Shown: positions 35,661-46,725, numbered from the stretch's first letter. The stretch: DNA of 64,000 bases from Clostridia bacterium (GCA_016297005.1 JAEDHK010000002.1:132837-196836); one strand, 5' to 3'. A program made the numbers and translations. Notes: a model not told the origin generated them from the letters alone.

Positions 35661-37169
35661 ATGAAGAATCCTTTTATCAGAATTATCGAAAAATTCCGTA
35701 AAGACAAAGCGCCCAAGCAGGTCATAAAGACCGAGCCGGAGGTAGAACAGCTCCCGCTGAAAAAATCGGATCGCATCATAGAAGTAAAAAACATTACGAA
35801 AGTCTTCGACGGCGTTACCGTAATAGACAATATGAACCTCTCTATCAAGCGGGGCGAATTCGTTACGCTACTTGGTCCTTCCGGATGCGGCAAAACGACT
35901 CTTCTTCGCATCATCGCCGGGTTCGAGACGCCCACCGAGGGCACGGTTTATATCGAAAACGTCGACGTGACCAACACGCCTCCTTATAACAGACCCGTCA
36001 ATACCGTCTTCCAACGATACGCTCTTTTTCCCCATCTGAACGTCTATAAAAATATTGCTTTCGGCCTCAAAATCAAAAAGATGGACAAGAACCTGATCGA
36101 TCAGAAGGTCAACGCCGCATTAAAAATGGTCGGTCTCGAAGGATATGGCTACCGCGATGTGACCTCTCTTTCCGGCGGTCAGCAACAGCGAGTGGCTATT
36201 GCCCGCGCCCTCGTTTGCGAGCCGAAAGTTCTTTTGCTCGACGAGCCTTTGGGCGCGCTCGACCTGAAAATGCGTAAAGAAATGCAAGAAGAACTGATGG
36301 CCATGCATAAGCGACTCGGCATTACCTTTATTTACGTCACTCACGATCAGGAAGAGGCTTTGACTATGAGTGATACCGTCGTCGTCATCAACGACGGTGT
36401 TGTCCAACAGATCGGCACATCGAAAAAGATCTACGACGAACCGGCCAACGCCTTCGTCGCCGACTTTATCGGAGAAAGCAACATCATAAGCGGTATAATG
36501 GTTCGCGATTTCTGCGTATCTTTCCTCGGAGAAGAGTTCTCGTGCGTAGATAAGGGTTTCAGCAAAAACGAGCGGGTTGACCTCGTTATTCGCCCCGAAG
36601 ATATCTCCGTCTATCCCGAAGACAGCCCGAAAGGGCAGCTTGTCGGCCAGGTCGTTTCTTCCATCTTTAAGGGGACTTTCTATCAGATGGAAATTCTCTG
36701 CAACGGCTATCAATTTACCGTGCAGTCGACAAAAGAGACCAAAGAAGGTCAGACGGTGCGCATCGGTGTCAAGCCGGACGGCATCCATATCATGAAAAAA
36801 TTGCGTAGCACGAATAAGTTTTTCGGAGAAGTCACCGGAGAAAACACCGTTACGTTCTGTGGCGGCGACTTCACTTTCCGGAATACCGACAACCTCGAAA
36901 TCGGCGCGTCCGTCGTAGCGGAAATCGGATTCGACGGAATCGAACTTACCGACGACGAAGAAGACGGCACCATCGGCGCATACGTTTCTCAAACGCTTTA
37001 TAAAGGCACTTATTATCAGGTGCAAATCTATACCGACACCGACGAAGACTTTTATATCGACACCAAGGACGAATGGGATCTCGGCGACCGCGTTGGCGTT
37101 AAGATCAACCCGGACAGACTGAAAGTCGAACGTTACGATCCCGACGGCGAGGAGGCAAGAGAAGAATGA
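35661..37169 (+). CDS. potA: spermidine/putrescine ABC transporter ATPase PotA with tandem C-terminal TOBE-like domains
   Basis: Start at the ATG at 35661 (GGAGG 10 nt upstream). Walker [19 protein letters not shown], Walker B LLLDEP. Two similar C-terminal modules (...[10 protein letters not shown]...[12 protein letters not shown] / ...[10 protein letters not shown]...[12 protein letters not shown]). Confidence 0.85.
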   Translation: MKNPFIRIIEKFRKDKAPKQVIKTEPEVEQLPLKKSDRIIEVKNITKVFDGVTVIDNMNLSIKRGEFVTLLGPSGCGKTTLLRIIAGFETPTEGTVYIENVDVTNTPPYNRPVNTVFQRYALFPHLNVYKNIAFGLKIKKMDKNLIDQKVNAALKMVGLEGYGYRDVTSLSGGQQQRVAIARALVCEPKVLLLDEPLGALDLKMRKEMQEELMAMHKRLGITFIYVTHDQEEALTMSDTVVVINDGVVQQIGTSKKIYDEPANAFVADFIGESNIISGIMVRDFCVSFLGEEFSCVDKGFSKNERVDLVIRPEDISVYPEDSPKGQLVGQVVSSIFKGTFYQMEILCNGYQFTVQSTKETKEGQTVRIGVKPDGIHIMKKLRSTNKFFGEVTGENTVTFCGGDFTFRNTDNLEIGASVVAEIGFDGIELTDDEEDGTIGAYVSQTLYKGTYYQVQIYTDTDEDFYIDTKDEWDLGDRVGVKINPDRLKVERYDPDGEEAREE

Positions 37170-37981
37170 AAAAGAAGAAAGCCAAAGTCTTCCGCCCCAC
37201 CGCGTTTGCGTTCCCCTATCTGGTTGTAACCGTCGTTTTCGTAATCGTTCCGCTCATTCTGGTACTCGTGTATGCCTTCCGCGGAGAAAACGGGAGCTTT
37301 ACGTTTGATAACTTCCGCAAGGTTTTTACCGAGACGGAGACTCTGCGCCAACTCGTTCAGACGCTCGAGCTCGCCGCGCTGTCTACGGTCGTGTGTCTTT
37401 TGATCGCCTATCCGGTCGCCTATATTCTCTCTTCGGCGCCCTTTAAAAAAATGGCCATCCTCGCCCTACTCTTTATCATTCCGATGTGGATTAACTTCAT
37501 GCTGCGTATTTTCGCTTTGCAGTCGCTACTGAATATGATCGGTCTGAAAAAAGGCTTCGCCGCGGCGGTGATCGGTATCGTGTACGACTTTTTCCCATAT
37601 ATGCTCCTTCCTATCTATAACGTCCTCTCCAATATGGACAAAAGCTATGTAGAAGCCTCCCGCGACCTGGGTGCAAACGGCGTAAAAACCTTCTTTAAGG
37701 TTACTCTTCCGTTGTCTTTTCCCGGCGTTATCAGCGGCGTCAGCATGATGTTCATGCCTATCTTCAGTTCTTATGCCATCACCAAAATGATGGGCGATAT
37801 GAATACGACGGTCATCGGCGCCAAAATCGCCAATCTCTTCGAGTATCAAAACTACGGCAACTACGGATACGGCTCCGCCCTGTCCTTCGTTCTGCTCATC
37901 GTCGTGCTCCTGTTTATGACGTTAGCCAATTTCTTGACTCGAAGATCTCAAAAAGCGCCCAAAGGAGGTAAAGCGGCATGA
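37166..37981 (+). CDS. potB: spermidine/putrescine ABC transporter permease PotB
   Basis: 6-TM BPD-type permease with an EAA loop ([21 protein letters not shown]). 4-nt overlap with potA. Confidence 0.85.
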   Translation: MKKKKAKVFRPTAFAFPYLVVTVVFVIVPLILVLVYAFRGENGSFTFDNFRKVFTETETLRQLVQTLELAALSTVVCLLIAYPVAYILSSAPFKKMAILALLFIIPMWINFMLRIFALQSLLNMIGLKKGFAAAVIGIVYDFFPYMLLPIYNVLSNMDKSYVEASRDLGANGVKTFFKVTLPLSFPGVISGVSMMFMPIFSSYAITKMMGDMNTTVIGAKIANLFEYQNYGNYGYGSALSFVLLIVVLLFMTLANFLTRRSQKAPKGGKAA

Positions 37982-38823
37982 AAAGCAAAGCTTCTTCCCG
38001 GCTCTTTTTGATTCTGAAATGGGTAATCTTGCTTGTCGTCCTTGCGGCCATTTATTTGCCCCTTATCATGATCATCGCCTACTCGTTCAGCACGGCGAAA
38101 TCGGTCGGAGGCGACTTCGGCGACTTCACGTTCGTTCTGTACGAAAAGCTGTTCCAAAACAAAACGCTCCTTACCGCCGCGAAGAACACGGTCATTATCG
38201 GTCTCGTTTCGGCCCTGCTTTCTACCATCCTCGGAACGACGGCCGCAATCGGTATTCACTACATGCGCCGGAAGACCAAGGCCGCCGTGGACGCGGCGTC
38301 GCAAATTACCATTGTCAACACCGAGATCGTCACGGCTATGGGATTTTTCCTTCTGATGATCTTTGTACGCGATACCGTTCGCATTCCCGTCAATTTCAGC
38401 ATCTGGTGGCTGATCATAACGCATACCGTTATTACCATGCCGTACGTCGTACTGACCGTCTCGCCGCGCTTAAAACAACTCAATCCCAACCTTCTGGAAG
38501 CCAGCATGGACCTGGGAGCGGGACCGATGCGAAGTCTGGTTACCGTCATGCTGCCGCAACTTGCCGGCGCCATGATCTCCGGCTTTGCGCTCGCCTTTAC
38601 GTTGTCCCTTGACGACTTTGTCGTTACCAACATCAACTCGTTCGGCGCCAACGTAGAAACCATATCTACCTACGTATACTCCGGTATTCGTAAAAAGATG
38701 CCCAGCGATATCCGGGCGCTGTCCACTATTATCTTTCTGGTCGTATTGATCGTACTGATCGTATATAACGTAATCAAAAATAAAAAAGCGAAGAACGAAG
38801 CTCGCAAAAATCTATTAAAATAA
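37978..38823 (+). CDS. potC: spermidine/putrescine ABC transporter permease PotC
   Basis: EAA loop LEASMDLGAGPMRSLVTVMLP. 4-nt overlap with potB. Confidence 0.85.
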   Translation: MKSKASSRLFLILKWVILLVVLAAIYLPLIMIIAYSFSTAKSVGGDFGDFTFVLYEKLFQNKTLLTAAKNTVIIGLVSALLSTILGTTAAIGIHYMRRKTKAAVDAASQITIVNTEIVTAMGFFLLMIFVRDTVRIPVNFSIWWLIITHTVITMPYVVLTVSPRLKQLNPNLLEASMDLGAGPMRSLVTVMLPQLAGAMISGFALAFTLSLDDFVVTNINSFGANVETISTYVYSGIRKKMPSDIRALSTIIFLVVLIVLIVYNVIKNKKAKNEARKNLLK

Positions 38824-38835
38824 GGAGAATAAAAA

Positions 38836-40047
38836 ATGAAAAAAGTTGTTTCCGCCATTCTTTGCATCGCTTTGCTTGCCGGTCTCGTCACAGCCCTCGC
38901 CGCGTGCAATAATACGCCTCGCGAAGAGATCCTGAAATTGTACATGCCCGGCGAATACATCGACGAGGACATTTTTGAAGAATTCGAAAGTTGGTATCAA
39001 GATAATTACGGCAAGAAAATTACCGTCCAGCTGGAAACCTTCGACGCGGTAGAAGACGTTCAGCTCGCTGTAGAAGGCAGCAAAGCCGACTATGACCTGC
39101 TCTGCCCCAGCGACTATATGGTCGAATATCTCCTTTCTAAAAATCTGCTTCTGGAAAGCGGCGTCGACTTAACCCGGGAAGGCTTGTTCCGCAACGAATA
39201 CGTAGAAACCACTCGTCAGTTCGACCCCACGCTGAAATATGCCGTTCCTTATATGTACGGCACCCTCGGCCTTGTGTACGACATAACCAAAACGAACGGA
39301 AAGAAGATTGACAGTTGGGACTCTCTGTTCGGCGGAGAATTTTCCGGCAAGCGCTCGGTAAAGGATTCTATCCGCGACGCTTATGCCGCGGCCTGCCTCT
39401 ACAATAAGCGTAACGAAACCGCCGGCCTTACCGGAAACGAACAAAGAGCGGCCATCCAATCCATCTTTGAGGATACTTCCGCCGAAACCGTAAACGCTGC
39501 AAAAAACACCCTTCTGAACGTCAAAAACGGTTCTGTCTGGGACGTCGATAACGTTAAGTACGAAATGGCCGCAAATCAGACGAACGTCGCAGTTGCTCTG
39601 ATGTGGTCCTGCGACGCCGGATACGTTATGAACGCCTATGAAGATGAAGACGGCAACGAACACGATGGGAACCATAACCTGTGGTACGTCGTACCCAAAG
39701 AAGGCGGCAACGTCTACATCGACGCTTTCGTCGTCAGTAAGTATGCCGCCAACGTCGACGCGGCAAGAGCCTTTTTGCAGTTTATTTGCACCAAGGATAT
39801 CGCCGTCAGAAACAGCGAATACGCCGGCGCCATCAGTCCGGTAGCCGAAGCCTATAACGAACTTTACGCTTACTACACCGAAGACGAAGACGGACTCTTC
39901 TCCGAAGAGGACGTGTCAACCGGTTGGAAAGATATGTTCCTCGAAACCATGTTTCCCTCTGTCGAAACGCTCAACCGTTGCGGCGTTATGAAAGACTTCG
40001 GCGACGGCAAAACGCGCGTAACCGAAATGTGGTCGAACATTCAATAA
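38836..40047 (+). CDS. potD: spermidine/putrescine-binding lipoprotein PotD
   Basis: Lipobox LVTALAAC. PotD/PotF-like body (DLLCPSDYM, VPYMYGTLG). Confidence 0.8.
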   Translation: MKKVVSAILCIALLAGLVTALAACNNTPREEILKLYMPGEYIDEDIFEEFESWYQDNYGKKITVQLETFDAVEDVQLAVEGSKADYDLLCPSDYMVEYLLSKNLLLESGVDLTREGLFRNEYVETTRQFDPTLKYAVPYMYGTLGLVYDITKTNGKKIDSWDSLFGGEFSGKRSVKDSIRDAYAAACLYNKRNETAGLTGNEQRAAIQSIFEDTSAETVNAAKNTLLNVKNGSVWDVDNVKYEMAANQTNVAVALMWSCDAGYVMNAYEDEDGNEHDGNHNLWYVVPKEGGNVYIDAFVVSKYAANVDAARAFLQFICTKDIAVRNSEYAGAISPVAEAYNELYAYYTEDEDGLFSEEDVSTGWKDMFLETMFPSVETLNRCGVMKDFGDGKTRVTEMWSNIQ

Positions 40048-40123
40048 ACCGTTTTTTATCGAATCAAGGCGGGACCGTATCGGCTCCGCCTTCCTATTCA
40101 CTTTACCGAGCAAGGAGAACGAC

Positions 40124-40795
40124 ATGAAAAAACCGATTGGCATCGTTATTGCCATGGAAAGCGAACTACGCCCCTATCTGACCGCAAAAACAACGGAAAT
40201 CGTCATCGGCGGGAAAACTTTTTTTAAAACCGTTATCGGCAAAAGAGACGCCGTGATCGTTTTCAGTGGCATCGGAAAGGTAAACGCAGCCTACGCCTGC
40301 ACCCTTCTTTGTCACGAGTTTTCGCCGGAATTCATCGTAACGACGGGTTTGAGCGGCGGACTGGGACGGAGCAACGTTCTTGACCTCGTTGTCGCTACGG
40401 CCACCTGTCAACACGACTCGGACACCACCGCGCTCGGAGACCCTATCGGACTCGTCAGCACGGTTAATAAAATCTACTTTCCTTCGGACGAAAAACTGAC
40501 CGACCTGTTTTGCCGTCTGACGGGAGGGAAGAAAGGCGTTTTTGCTTGCGGCGATCAGTTTATCGCCAACAAAGAAAAAGCTCGAAAAATCATTGATGAT
40601 TTCGACGCAATCGCTTGCGATATGGAAAGCGGCGCAATAGGTCAGGTGGCTTATCTTGCCGACGTCCCATACGTTGCCGTTCGCATTATCTCCGACGGAG
40701 CCGGCGAAGGCGCTTCGATGAGTTTTTCCGAATTGACGGAAAAAGCGTCCGTTCTTCTTTACGACGCCGTGAAAAAAGCCATCGAGGCGTTGTAA
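40124..40795 (+). CDS. mtnN: 5'-methylthioadenosine/S-adenosylhomocysteine nucleosidase
   Basis: IGIVIAMESE, SGIGKVNAA, CDMESGAIGQVA. Confidence 0.85.
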   Translation: MKKPIGIVIAMESELRPYLTAKTTEIVIGGKTFFKTVIGKRDAVIVFSGIGKVNAAYACTLLCHEFSPEFIVTTGLSGGLGRSNVLDLVVATATCQHDSDTTALGDPIGLVSTVNKIYFPSDEKLTDLFCRLTGGKKGVFACGDQFIANKEKARKIIDDFDAIACDMESGAIGQVAYLADVPYVAVRIISDGAGEGASMSFSELTEKASVLLYDAVKKAIEAL

Positions 40796-41925
40796 TGAAA
40801 TATAAGATCGTCGTTACCGCCGCCTTCGGCGTAGAATCGGTTACAAAAAACGAATTGAGAAGACTGGGCGTTCACGATCCCAAAGCTATCGAAGGGAGTA
40901 TCTCGTTCGACGGCACAGCCGAAGACGTCGCTCGTTGTAATCTTCTTCTTCGCACGGGCGAACGAGTCTATATCTCCGTGGGGAACTTTCACGCCGAGAG
41001 CTTTGACGAATTGTTTGACGCCGTAAAGGCCCTCCCGTGGGAAAATTACATTCCCAAAGACGGCAGAGTGATCGTCACGGGTAAATCCAAAAAAAGCAAA
41101 CTCTTTGCTCTGTCTTCTTGTCAGAGTATTATTAAAAAAGCCATTCTCGTTCGCCTGATGCCCAAGTATCATACGCGGATTTTCGAGGAAAGCGGCGCCG
41201 ATTATAACGTCGAATTCGCCATTAACAACGACGAGGTTACACTTCTTCTCAACACCTCGGGCAAAGGTCTGCATAAGCGAGGATATCGCACGTTGGTCGC
41301 TCCCGCACAGATGAAAGAAACGCTTGCCGCCGCCATCGTTTCTCTCAGCGATATGACCGCCGAAAAACCGTTTATCGACCCCTTTTGCGGTTGCGGCACC
41401 TTCGTCGTCGAGGCGGCTCTTGCCGCGCTCAATATCGCCCCGGGCAAAAACCGGGACTTCGACTTCCTGCATTGGGATTGCTTTGAAAAATCGCCTTATC
41501 AAAGACTTCTCCGGGAAGCGACGGAGAAAGAAAGGCGAGATCTCGAATTGCATTTTTGCGGATACGACATCGATCCCGCCGTTATCAAACTCGCGCATTA
41601 CCACGCCAAGCAGGCCGGGATCGAGAACAAAGTCCACTTTCAGGTGCGCGACGTAAAAGAATTATCCAGTCGCTTTTCCGAAGGTACGCTTTGCTGCGAC
41701 CCGCCGTACGGAAAACGCCTCGGCGACCTGAAAGAAGCGCAAGCCTTGACCGATATTCTCGGTGGAAGATACCGCGCGCTCGGGCCTCGTTGGTCGGCGT
41801 ACGTCGTTTCCGCCGTGCCCGATTTCGAACGCCACTTCGGCAAAAAGGCGGATAAAAACAGAAAATTCTTTAACGCCAACGAGCTGTGCCGACTCTATTC
41901 TTACTTCCCCGAAAGGAAACCATGA
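40795..41925 (+). CDS. THUMP-domain class I SAM-dependent RNA methyltransferase (RlmL/YpsC-like)
   Basis: Start at the ATG at 40795 (TAATG overlap with mtnN). THUMP N-terminus. DPFCGCGTFVVEA SAM motif and catalytic CDPPYG. Confidence 0.8.
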   Translation: MKYKIVVTAAFGVESVTKNELRRLGVHDPKAIEGSISFDGTAEDVARCNLLLRTGERVYISVGNFHAESFDELFDAVKALPWENYIPKDGRVIVTGKSKKSKLFALSSCQSIIKKAILVRLMPKYHTRIFEESGADYNVEFAINNDEVTLLLNTSGKGLHKRGYRTLVAPAQMKETLAAAIVSLSDMTAEKPFIDPFCGCGTFVVEAALAALNIAPGKNRDFDFLHWDCFEKSPYQRLLREATEKERRDLELHFCGYDIDPAVIKLAHYHAKQAGIENKVHFQVRDVKELSSRFSEGTLCCDPPYGKRLGDLKEAQALTDILGGRYRALGPRWSAYVVSAVPDFERHFGKKADKNRKFFNANELCRLYSYFPERKP

Positions 41926-43064
41926 GAACGAAAAAACTGTACGAAAAAGACTCCTATACGCTCTCCTTTACCGCGACCGTCCTTTCCTGCGTTCCCACGG
42001 AAAAAGGCAATGCCGTCATTTTGGATAAAACGGCTTTCTTCCCGGAACAGGGTGGCCAATATGCAGATAAAGGGAGCCTGAACGGACAAAACGTGATCGA
42101 CGTACAGATAGAAAACGACGAGATCGTACACTACGTCGCCGTTTCTTTTTTGGCAGGCGAACAAGTCGCCGGGACGATCGACCGAACCACGCGCTTTGTC
42201 AGAATGCAGACGCACACGGGCGAACATATTCTGTCCGGCGTTATTCATAATCTGTACGGTTATGACAACGTGGGATTCCATCTCGGAGACGGCTATGCCA
42301 CGGTGGATACCGGCGATCCGCTGACCAAAGAGAAGATCGCCCGGGCCGAAGAAGAGGCCAACCGTATCGTTTGGGACGACCGCGCCGTATACGCAACTTA
42401 CCCTTCTCTCGAAGAACTGAAAACCCTTTCTTATCGTAGCAAGATCGATCCACGCGAGGGTATTCGTCTGATCCATATCGACGACTGCGACGTCTGCGCC
42501 TGTTGCGCACCCCACCTTTCGTCCACCGGCCAAGTCGGCTTAATTAAGATTGTTTCCGCCGAACCGCGTAAAAAAGGCACGCGCCTGACCGTTCTTTGCG
42601 GATCGGACGCTTACGAAAACTACGTTCGTACGCAAAGCCTTACGCAAGAAGCCCAACGTATGCTGTCTGCTACGCCCGATACCCTGCTATCCGAGATCAA
42701 ACGTGCCCTTGATCGCCTCGCCGAAAAAGAAAAGGAGATCAAATCTCTCAAAGTTGCCTGTGCCCTTTCTTCCTTGTCTTTTGATTCGGCGACCACCTGC
42801 GATTACGCCTTTATAAAAAACGCCGATCCTGACGTTTTACGCGCCGTCGCGCCGTCCGTTACGACCGAAAACATCCGCGTCCTCCTTTCCGAAAAGGACG
42901 ATCTTATTTCTTACGTCGTCTTCTCTTCCGATGCGGACGTCCGTCCGCTTGTTAAAGATCTGAACACCGCGTTCAACGGCAAAGGCGGCGGCTCTCCGAC
43001 CTTCGCGCAAGGGAAAATAAGCGCAAAAAAAGAAGACGTTTCCGCCTTCTTGAAAAATTATTGA
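41922..43064 (+). CDS. alanyl-tRNA editing protein (AlaX-L type: editing domain + DHHA1-like C-terminus)
   Basis: Start at the ATG at 41922 (ATGA overlap). Zn motifs HTGEHILSG and CACCAPH. Confidence 0.75.
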   Translation: MRTKKLYEKDSYTLSFTATVLSCVPTEKGNAVILDKTAFFPEQGGQYADKGSLNGQNVIDVQIENDEIVHYVAVSFLAGEQVAGTIDRTTRFVRMQTHTGEHILSGVIHNLYGYDNVGFHLGDGYATVDTGDPLTKEKIARAEEEANRIVWDDRAVYATYPSLEELKTLSYRSKIDPREGIRLIHIDDCDVCACCAPHLSSTGQVGLIKIVSAEPRKKGTRLTVLCGSDAYENYVRTQSLTQEAQRMLSATPDTLLSEIKRALDRLAEKEKEIKSLKVACALSSLSFDSATTCDYAFIKNADPDVLRAVAPSVTTENIRVLLSEKDDLISYVVFSSDADVRPLVKDLNTAFNGKGGGSPTFAQGKISAKKEDVSAFLKNY

Positions 43065-43077
43065 TTTTATTCTTATC

Positions 43078-44079
43078 TTATAACAACTTAATGCCGTGCT
43101 TTCTGCACTCTTCCACCATGTCTTTGGGCCAGATGGAAGCGTGGACTTCGCCAAGGTGCGCTTTGCCTAAAAGGAGCATGCACAGGCGGGACTGACCGAT
43201 ACCGCCGCCGACCGAAAGCGGGAGTTCTCCGGCGAGGAGCATTTTGTGATATTTGAGATTGGCTCTTTCCGGGCAATCGGCTTTTTGAAGCTGTTCCGCA
43301 AGTGACTTTTCGTCAACGCGGATACCCATGGAGCTGACCTCATACGCAATACCGAGAACGTCGTTCCAGAACAGGATATCGCCGTTCAGCGCCCAGTCGT
43401 CGTAGTCGGGGGCTCTTCCGTCATGAGGAACGCCGCTCTTTAATTTATCACCGATCTGCATGACGAAAACGGTCTTGTGCTCTTTGACAAAGGCGTCTTC
43501 TCTCTGCTTGGGGGTAAGGTCGGGGTATTTATCTTCCAATTCTTGCGAAGTGATAAAGGTAACGTCTCTTTGCAAAGAAACGGTGTTGGGATAAAGCTTT
43601 TTAACTTCATCCAGCGTGTCGCAGATGGCGTTTACAATACAGGTCACGACCGTCTTTAAGTACGAGACGGTACGTTGCTCGCGAGTGATGACCTTTTCCC
43701 AATCCCATTGGTCGACGTAGATGGAGTGAATGTTGTCCGGCTCCTCGTCTCTTCGTATGGCATTCATATTGGTATACAGGCCTTCGCCTGCGGAAAAACC
43801 GTAGTTCTTGAGACTGAGACGCTTCCACTTTGCCAGGCTATGTACGATCTGAGCCGTGACGTCCGGGATGTTCAGAATATCAAATTCGACCGCTCGTTCG
43901 GTGCCGTTGAGGTCGTCGTTAACGCCTTCGCCCGCCACAACGAACAAAGGGGCGCTGACGCGCTCTAAATTAAGGGCTCCGCACAATTTTTTCTCAAAGG
44001 TATCGCGGACGAACTTGATCGCCTTTTGCGTGTCGCGGTAGTCGAGCGGATTGTTGTATTTTTCCGGAATGATCAACAT
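43078..44079 (-). CDS. asnA: aspartate--ammonia ligase AsnA
   Basis: 333 aa. N-terminal [29 protein letters not shown] and a class II aaRS-like core (GGGIGQSRL). Confidence 0.85.
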   Translation of the reverse strand: MLIIPEKYNNPLDYRDTQKAIKFVRDTFEKKLCGALNLERVSAPLFVVAGEGVNDDLNGTERAVEFDILNIPDVTAQIVHSLAKWKRLSLKNYGFSAGEGLYTNMNAIRRDEEPDNIHSIYVDQWDWEKVITREQRTVSYLKTVVTCIVNAICDTLDEVKKLYPNTVSLQRDVTFITSQELEDKYPDLTPKQREDAFVKEHKTVFVMQIGDKLKSGVPHDGRAPDYDDWALNGDILFWNDVLGIAYEVSSMGIRVDEKSLAEQLQKADCPERANLKYHKMLLAGELPLSVGGGIGQSRLCMLLLGKAHLGEVHASIWPKDMVEECRKHGIKLL

Positions 44080-44100
44080 AAAACTTTCTCCAAATAGTAC

Positions 44101-44907
44101 TTAATTTTCGTAATAAACGTTGCTGGTAATATAGTCGACGCCGAGCCTTCTCACTCTGTTTTGCCTCAGCTTGTTATTGATCGTCCAGACGTTGACGTCC
44201 AGTCCTTTGTCGTGGAATTTTTTGACAAGACTCCGACGAACGACTATATAACAGACGTCGATGGAAAAACCTTCTTTCAGGCAGTCCCCAAAATGCGGAT
44301 CGTCTTTCCGGCAAGAAAGATATTGCAGTTTCATGGTCGGATCGGCAACGTGCACACGGTACAGGCTATCGTAGTCGAAAGCAATGACGATACACTTTTT
44401 ACGGTCGTACGTTTCGTCGATCTCGGACAAAACTTGCGCAATCATATCTTCGGTAAAAACGTCTTTCAGTTCCACCACGGCCACTTTGTCGCCGCTTTTA
44501 CAAACGGAAAGGTATTCTTTAAAGGTACTGATGAAAACGTCGTTTTTCGTCTTACCGTTTTTGAGCGGTTTGGCCGCTAATTCGGCATAACTGCTCTTTT
44601 CTACCGTTCGTCTGCTCCCGTCGGTAAAAACGACGTCCGCGTCGTGAGAACAAACAAGAATCCCGTCATTCGTCTTACGAATATCGGTCTCGATACCGAA
44701 AAAATCTTCGTTTTCGGCTGCCGCGGTAAAAGAATCTACCGTATTGTCGGGATAATACTCCGAAAAACCGCGATGCGCGATATATTGGGGGTTGGATTTA
44801 GGCGAAAATATCATAATACCTCCCATAACACCAAGTGCAAGGATCGCCCCGCACGCCACGACAGCGATGACGATCAACATCTTATTCCGGGTGTGTTGCT
44901 TCTTCAT
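44101..44907 (-). CDS. membrane-anchored glycerophosphodiester phosphodiesterase (GDPD)
   Basis: N-terminal TM, then IAHRGFSEYYPDNT, GIETDIRKTNDG and WTIN motifs. Confidence 0.75.
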   Translation of the reverse strand: MKKQHTRNKMLIVIAVVACGAILALGVMGGIMIFSPKSNPQYIAHRGFSEYYPDNTVDSFTAAAENEDFFGIETDIRKTNDGILVCSHDADVVFTDGSRRTVEKSSYAELAAKPLKNGKTKNDVFISTFKEYLSVCKSGDKVAVVELKDVFTEDMIAQVLSEIDETYDRKKCIVIAFDYDSLYRVHVADPTMKLQYLSCRKDDPHFGDCLKEGFSIDVCYIVVRRSLVKKFHDKGLDVNVWTINNKLRQNRVRRLGVDYITSNVYYEN

Positions 44908-44909
44908 AA

Positions 44910-46283
44910 TCAGTACAGGTTGTTGACGGTACGCGGATAAAGAATGACGTCGCGGATGTTGCTCATGCCGGTAACGTACATCAGGATCCTTTCAAAGCCC
45001 AACCCGAAACCGCCGTGCGGCGTCGAACCGAACTTTCTCAGATCGAGATAGTTTTCGTAAGCGGAAATATCCATATTACGGGCTTTCATCGCCGCAAGCA
45101 ACTTATCGTAATCCGCTTCTCTCTCGCTACCGCCGATGATCTCTCCTACGCCGGGCACAAGCAGGTCGCTGGCGGCAACCGTCTTTCCGTCGGCGTTCTG
45201 TTTCATATAGAAAGACTTGATCTCCTTCGGATAATTGATAACGAAAACAGGTTTTTTAAAGTGCTTTTCCGTGATATAACGCTCGTGCTCGGTCTGTAAA
45301 TCGCATCCCCAGTAAACCGGATATTGGAAGTTCTCTCCGCTATTTTTCAAAATTTCAATCGCGTCGGTATATTCCAGAACGGCAAAGTCTTCGGAGATAG
45401 CGTCTTCCAACTTCTGACGAAGCCCCTTTTCGAAGTGCTGTTCAAAAAAGTCAATCTCGGTCGGACACTTTTTCAATACCGTTCCGATAACTGAACGGAA
45501 CATATCTTCGGCGAGTGCAAGCACGTCGCGAAGATCCGCAAACGCAATTTCCGGCTCGATATGCCAGAATTCGGCTACGTGTCGGGGCGTATTGCTGTTT
45601 TCGGCGCGGAAAGAGGGTCCGAAAGTGTAGATTTTACCGAAAGCCATAGCGCACACTTCGCCTTCCAACTGTCCCGAAACGGATAAGCCCGCTTTCTTCC
45701 CGAAAAAGTCGGTGGCATAATATTCTTCTTCCGTCCTGGCGTCCGTCTTATAACCGTGCGTCGTAACGCGGAACATTTCTCCGGCGCCTTCGCAGTCGCT
45801 ACCGGTGATAAGCGGCGTATTGACGTAAACGAAGTTTCTGCTTTGAAAAAACTCGTGCAGGGCCGCAGCCAGAACGCTTCTTACCCTAAAAACTGCGTTA
45901 AACGTGTTGGTACGAAGTCTCAGATGAGGAAGGGTACGAAGGTATTCGAGCGTGTGTCTCTTCTTTTGCAAAGGATATTCCGCAGGGCAATCGCCAAGAA
46001 CGGAGATAGCGTCCGCGTCCATTTCCACGCCGCCCTCGCGGACGACGGACGGAACGACCTTACCTTCCACTTTCAATGCCGATCCCAGCTTCATAAAAGG
46101 AGCAACGTCGTTAATAACTTCTTTGTTAATAACAATTTGAAGGCGGTCCAGACTCGTACCGTCGTTGATTTCCAAAAAAGCCATGTTTTTAGAGTCTCTG
46201 CTCGTACGGACCCATCCGCAAACGGTCAGATTCTCGCCCATGTGCTGTTTATCCAATATTTCTTTGATGTCGGTATGTTTCAT
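44910..46283 (-). CDS. asnS: asparagine--tRNA ligase
   Basis: OB-fold N-terminus (VCGWVRTSRDSKNMAFLEINDG). Class II motifs FRAE, GGSERE, GFGLGFERI. 457 aa. Confidence 0.9.
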   Translation of the reverse strand: MKHTDIKEILDKQHMGENLTVCGWVRTSRDSKNMAFLEINDGTSLDRLQIVINKEVINDVAPFMKLGSALKVEGKVVPSVVREGGVEMDADAISVLGDCPAEYPLQKKRHTLEYLRTLPHLRLRTNTFNAVFRVRSVLAAALHEFFQSRNFVYVNTPLITGSDCEGAGEMFRVTTHGYKTDARTEEEYYATDFFGKKAGLSVSGQLEGEVCAMAFGKIYTFGPSFRAENSNTPRHVAEFWHIEPEIAFADLRDVLALAEDMFRSVIGTVLKKCPTEIDFFEQHFEKGLRQKLEDAISEDFAVLEYTDAIEILKNSGENFQYPVYWGCDLQTEHERYITEKHFKKPVFVINYPKEIKSFYMKQNADGKTVAASDLLVPGVGEIIGGSEREADYDKLLAAMKARNMDISAYENYLDLRKFGSTPHGGFGLGFERILMYVTGMSNIRDVILYPRTVNNLY

Positions 46284-46475
46284 TTTTTACCTTCTCGACA
46301 AATGAATTTTTTATTATATTATCATAAATAATATAAAAAACGCAAGCGAGCAAGGGCATTTGCTTCATTTATGATAATAAGAATAGCCGTTTTCGGCAAA
46401 AGAAACCCCCATAAACCGTTTTCTACGGACTTACGGGGATGGTTAATCGACGACGCATTACGTTTTATACGAGAC

Positions 46476-46630
46476 TCAATAATTTATAATGCCAAGCAAA
46501 TAATCGGCAGAAACGCCGAAATAATTGGCAATCTTCACGATATTACTTGCAGTAGGCTCCGCGCGAGATGTTTCCCAATAGCAGATCAAAGAACAACTGA
46601 CGCCTATATCCTTTGTCGATTTTGTTATCT
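46476..46630 (-). pseudogene. 5'-truncated XRE-family HTH gene remnant
   Basis: Hand translation gives KITKSTKDIGVSCSLICYWETSRAEPTASNIVKIANYFGVSADYLLGIINY*. It is preceded by an in-frame stop, has no start codon, and helix 1 of the HTH is missing. Confidence 0.45.
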
Positions 46631-46691
46631 TTTAAACCGATAGGCACAGAAGTAAAAATAAAGCTTTATTAAACCGTTCGATAAGAAAAAT

Positions 46692-46725
46692 CAAAAAGGC
46701 AACGAGTCGCCTCGTTGCCTTTTTA
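46692..46725 (-). terminator. bidirectional rho-independent terminator downstream of the LRR gene
   Basis: AGGCAACGAG-tcgc-CTCGTTGCCT flanked by AAAAA and TTTT. Confidence 0.75.

Noticed and set aside
36120-37025. 301-aa minus-strand ORF
   Set aside because: It is antisense to potA, which has Walker A/B and ABC signature motifs.
40615-40794. Upstream extension of the THUMP methyltransferase ORF
   Set aside because: The Arg-rich extension lies out of frame within mtnN. The ATG at 40795 gives a typical THUMP N-terminus and TAATG coupling.
40759-41637. 292-aa minus-strand ORF
   Set aside because: It is antisense to the THUMP methyltransferase gene, which has a DPPYG motif and operon-consistent overlaps.
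46371-46643. 90-aa plus-strand ORF
   Set aside because: It is antisense to the XRE HTH remnant, with no RBS or motif.
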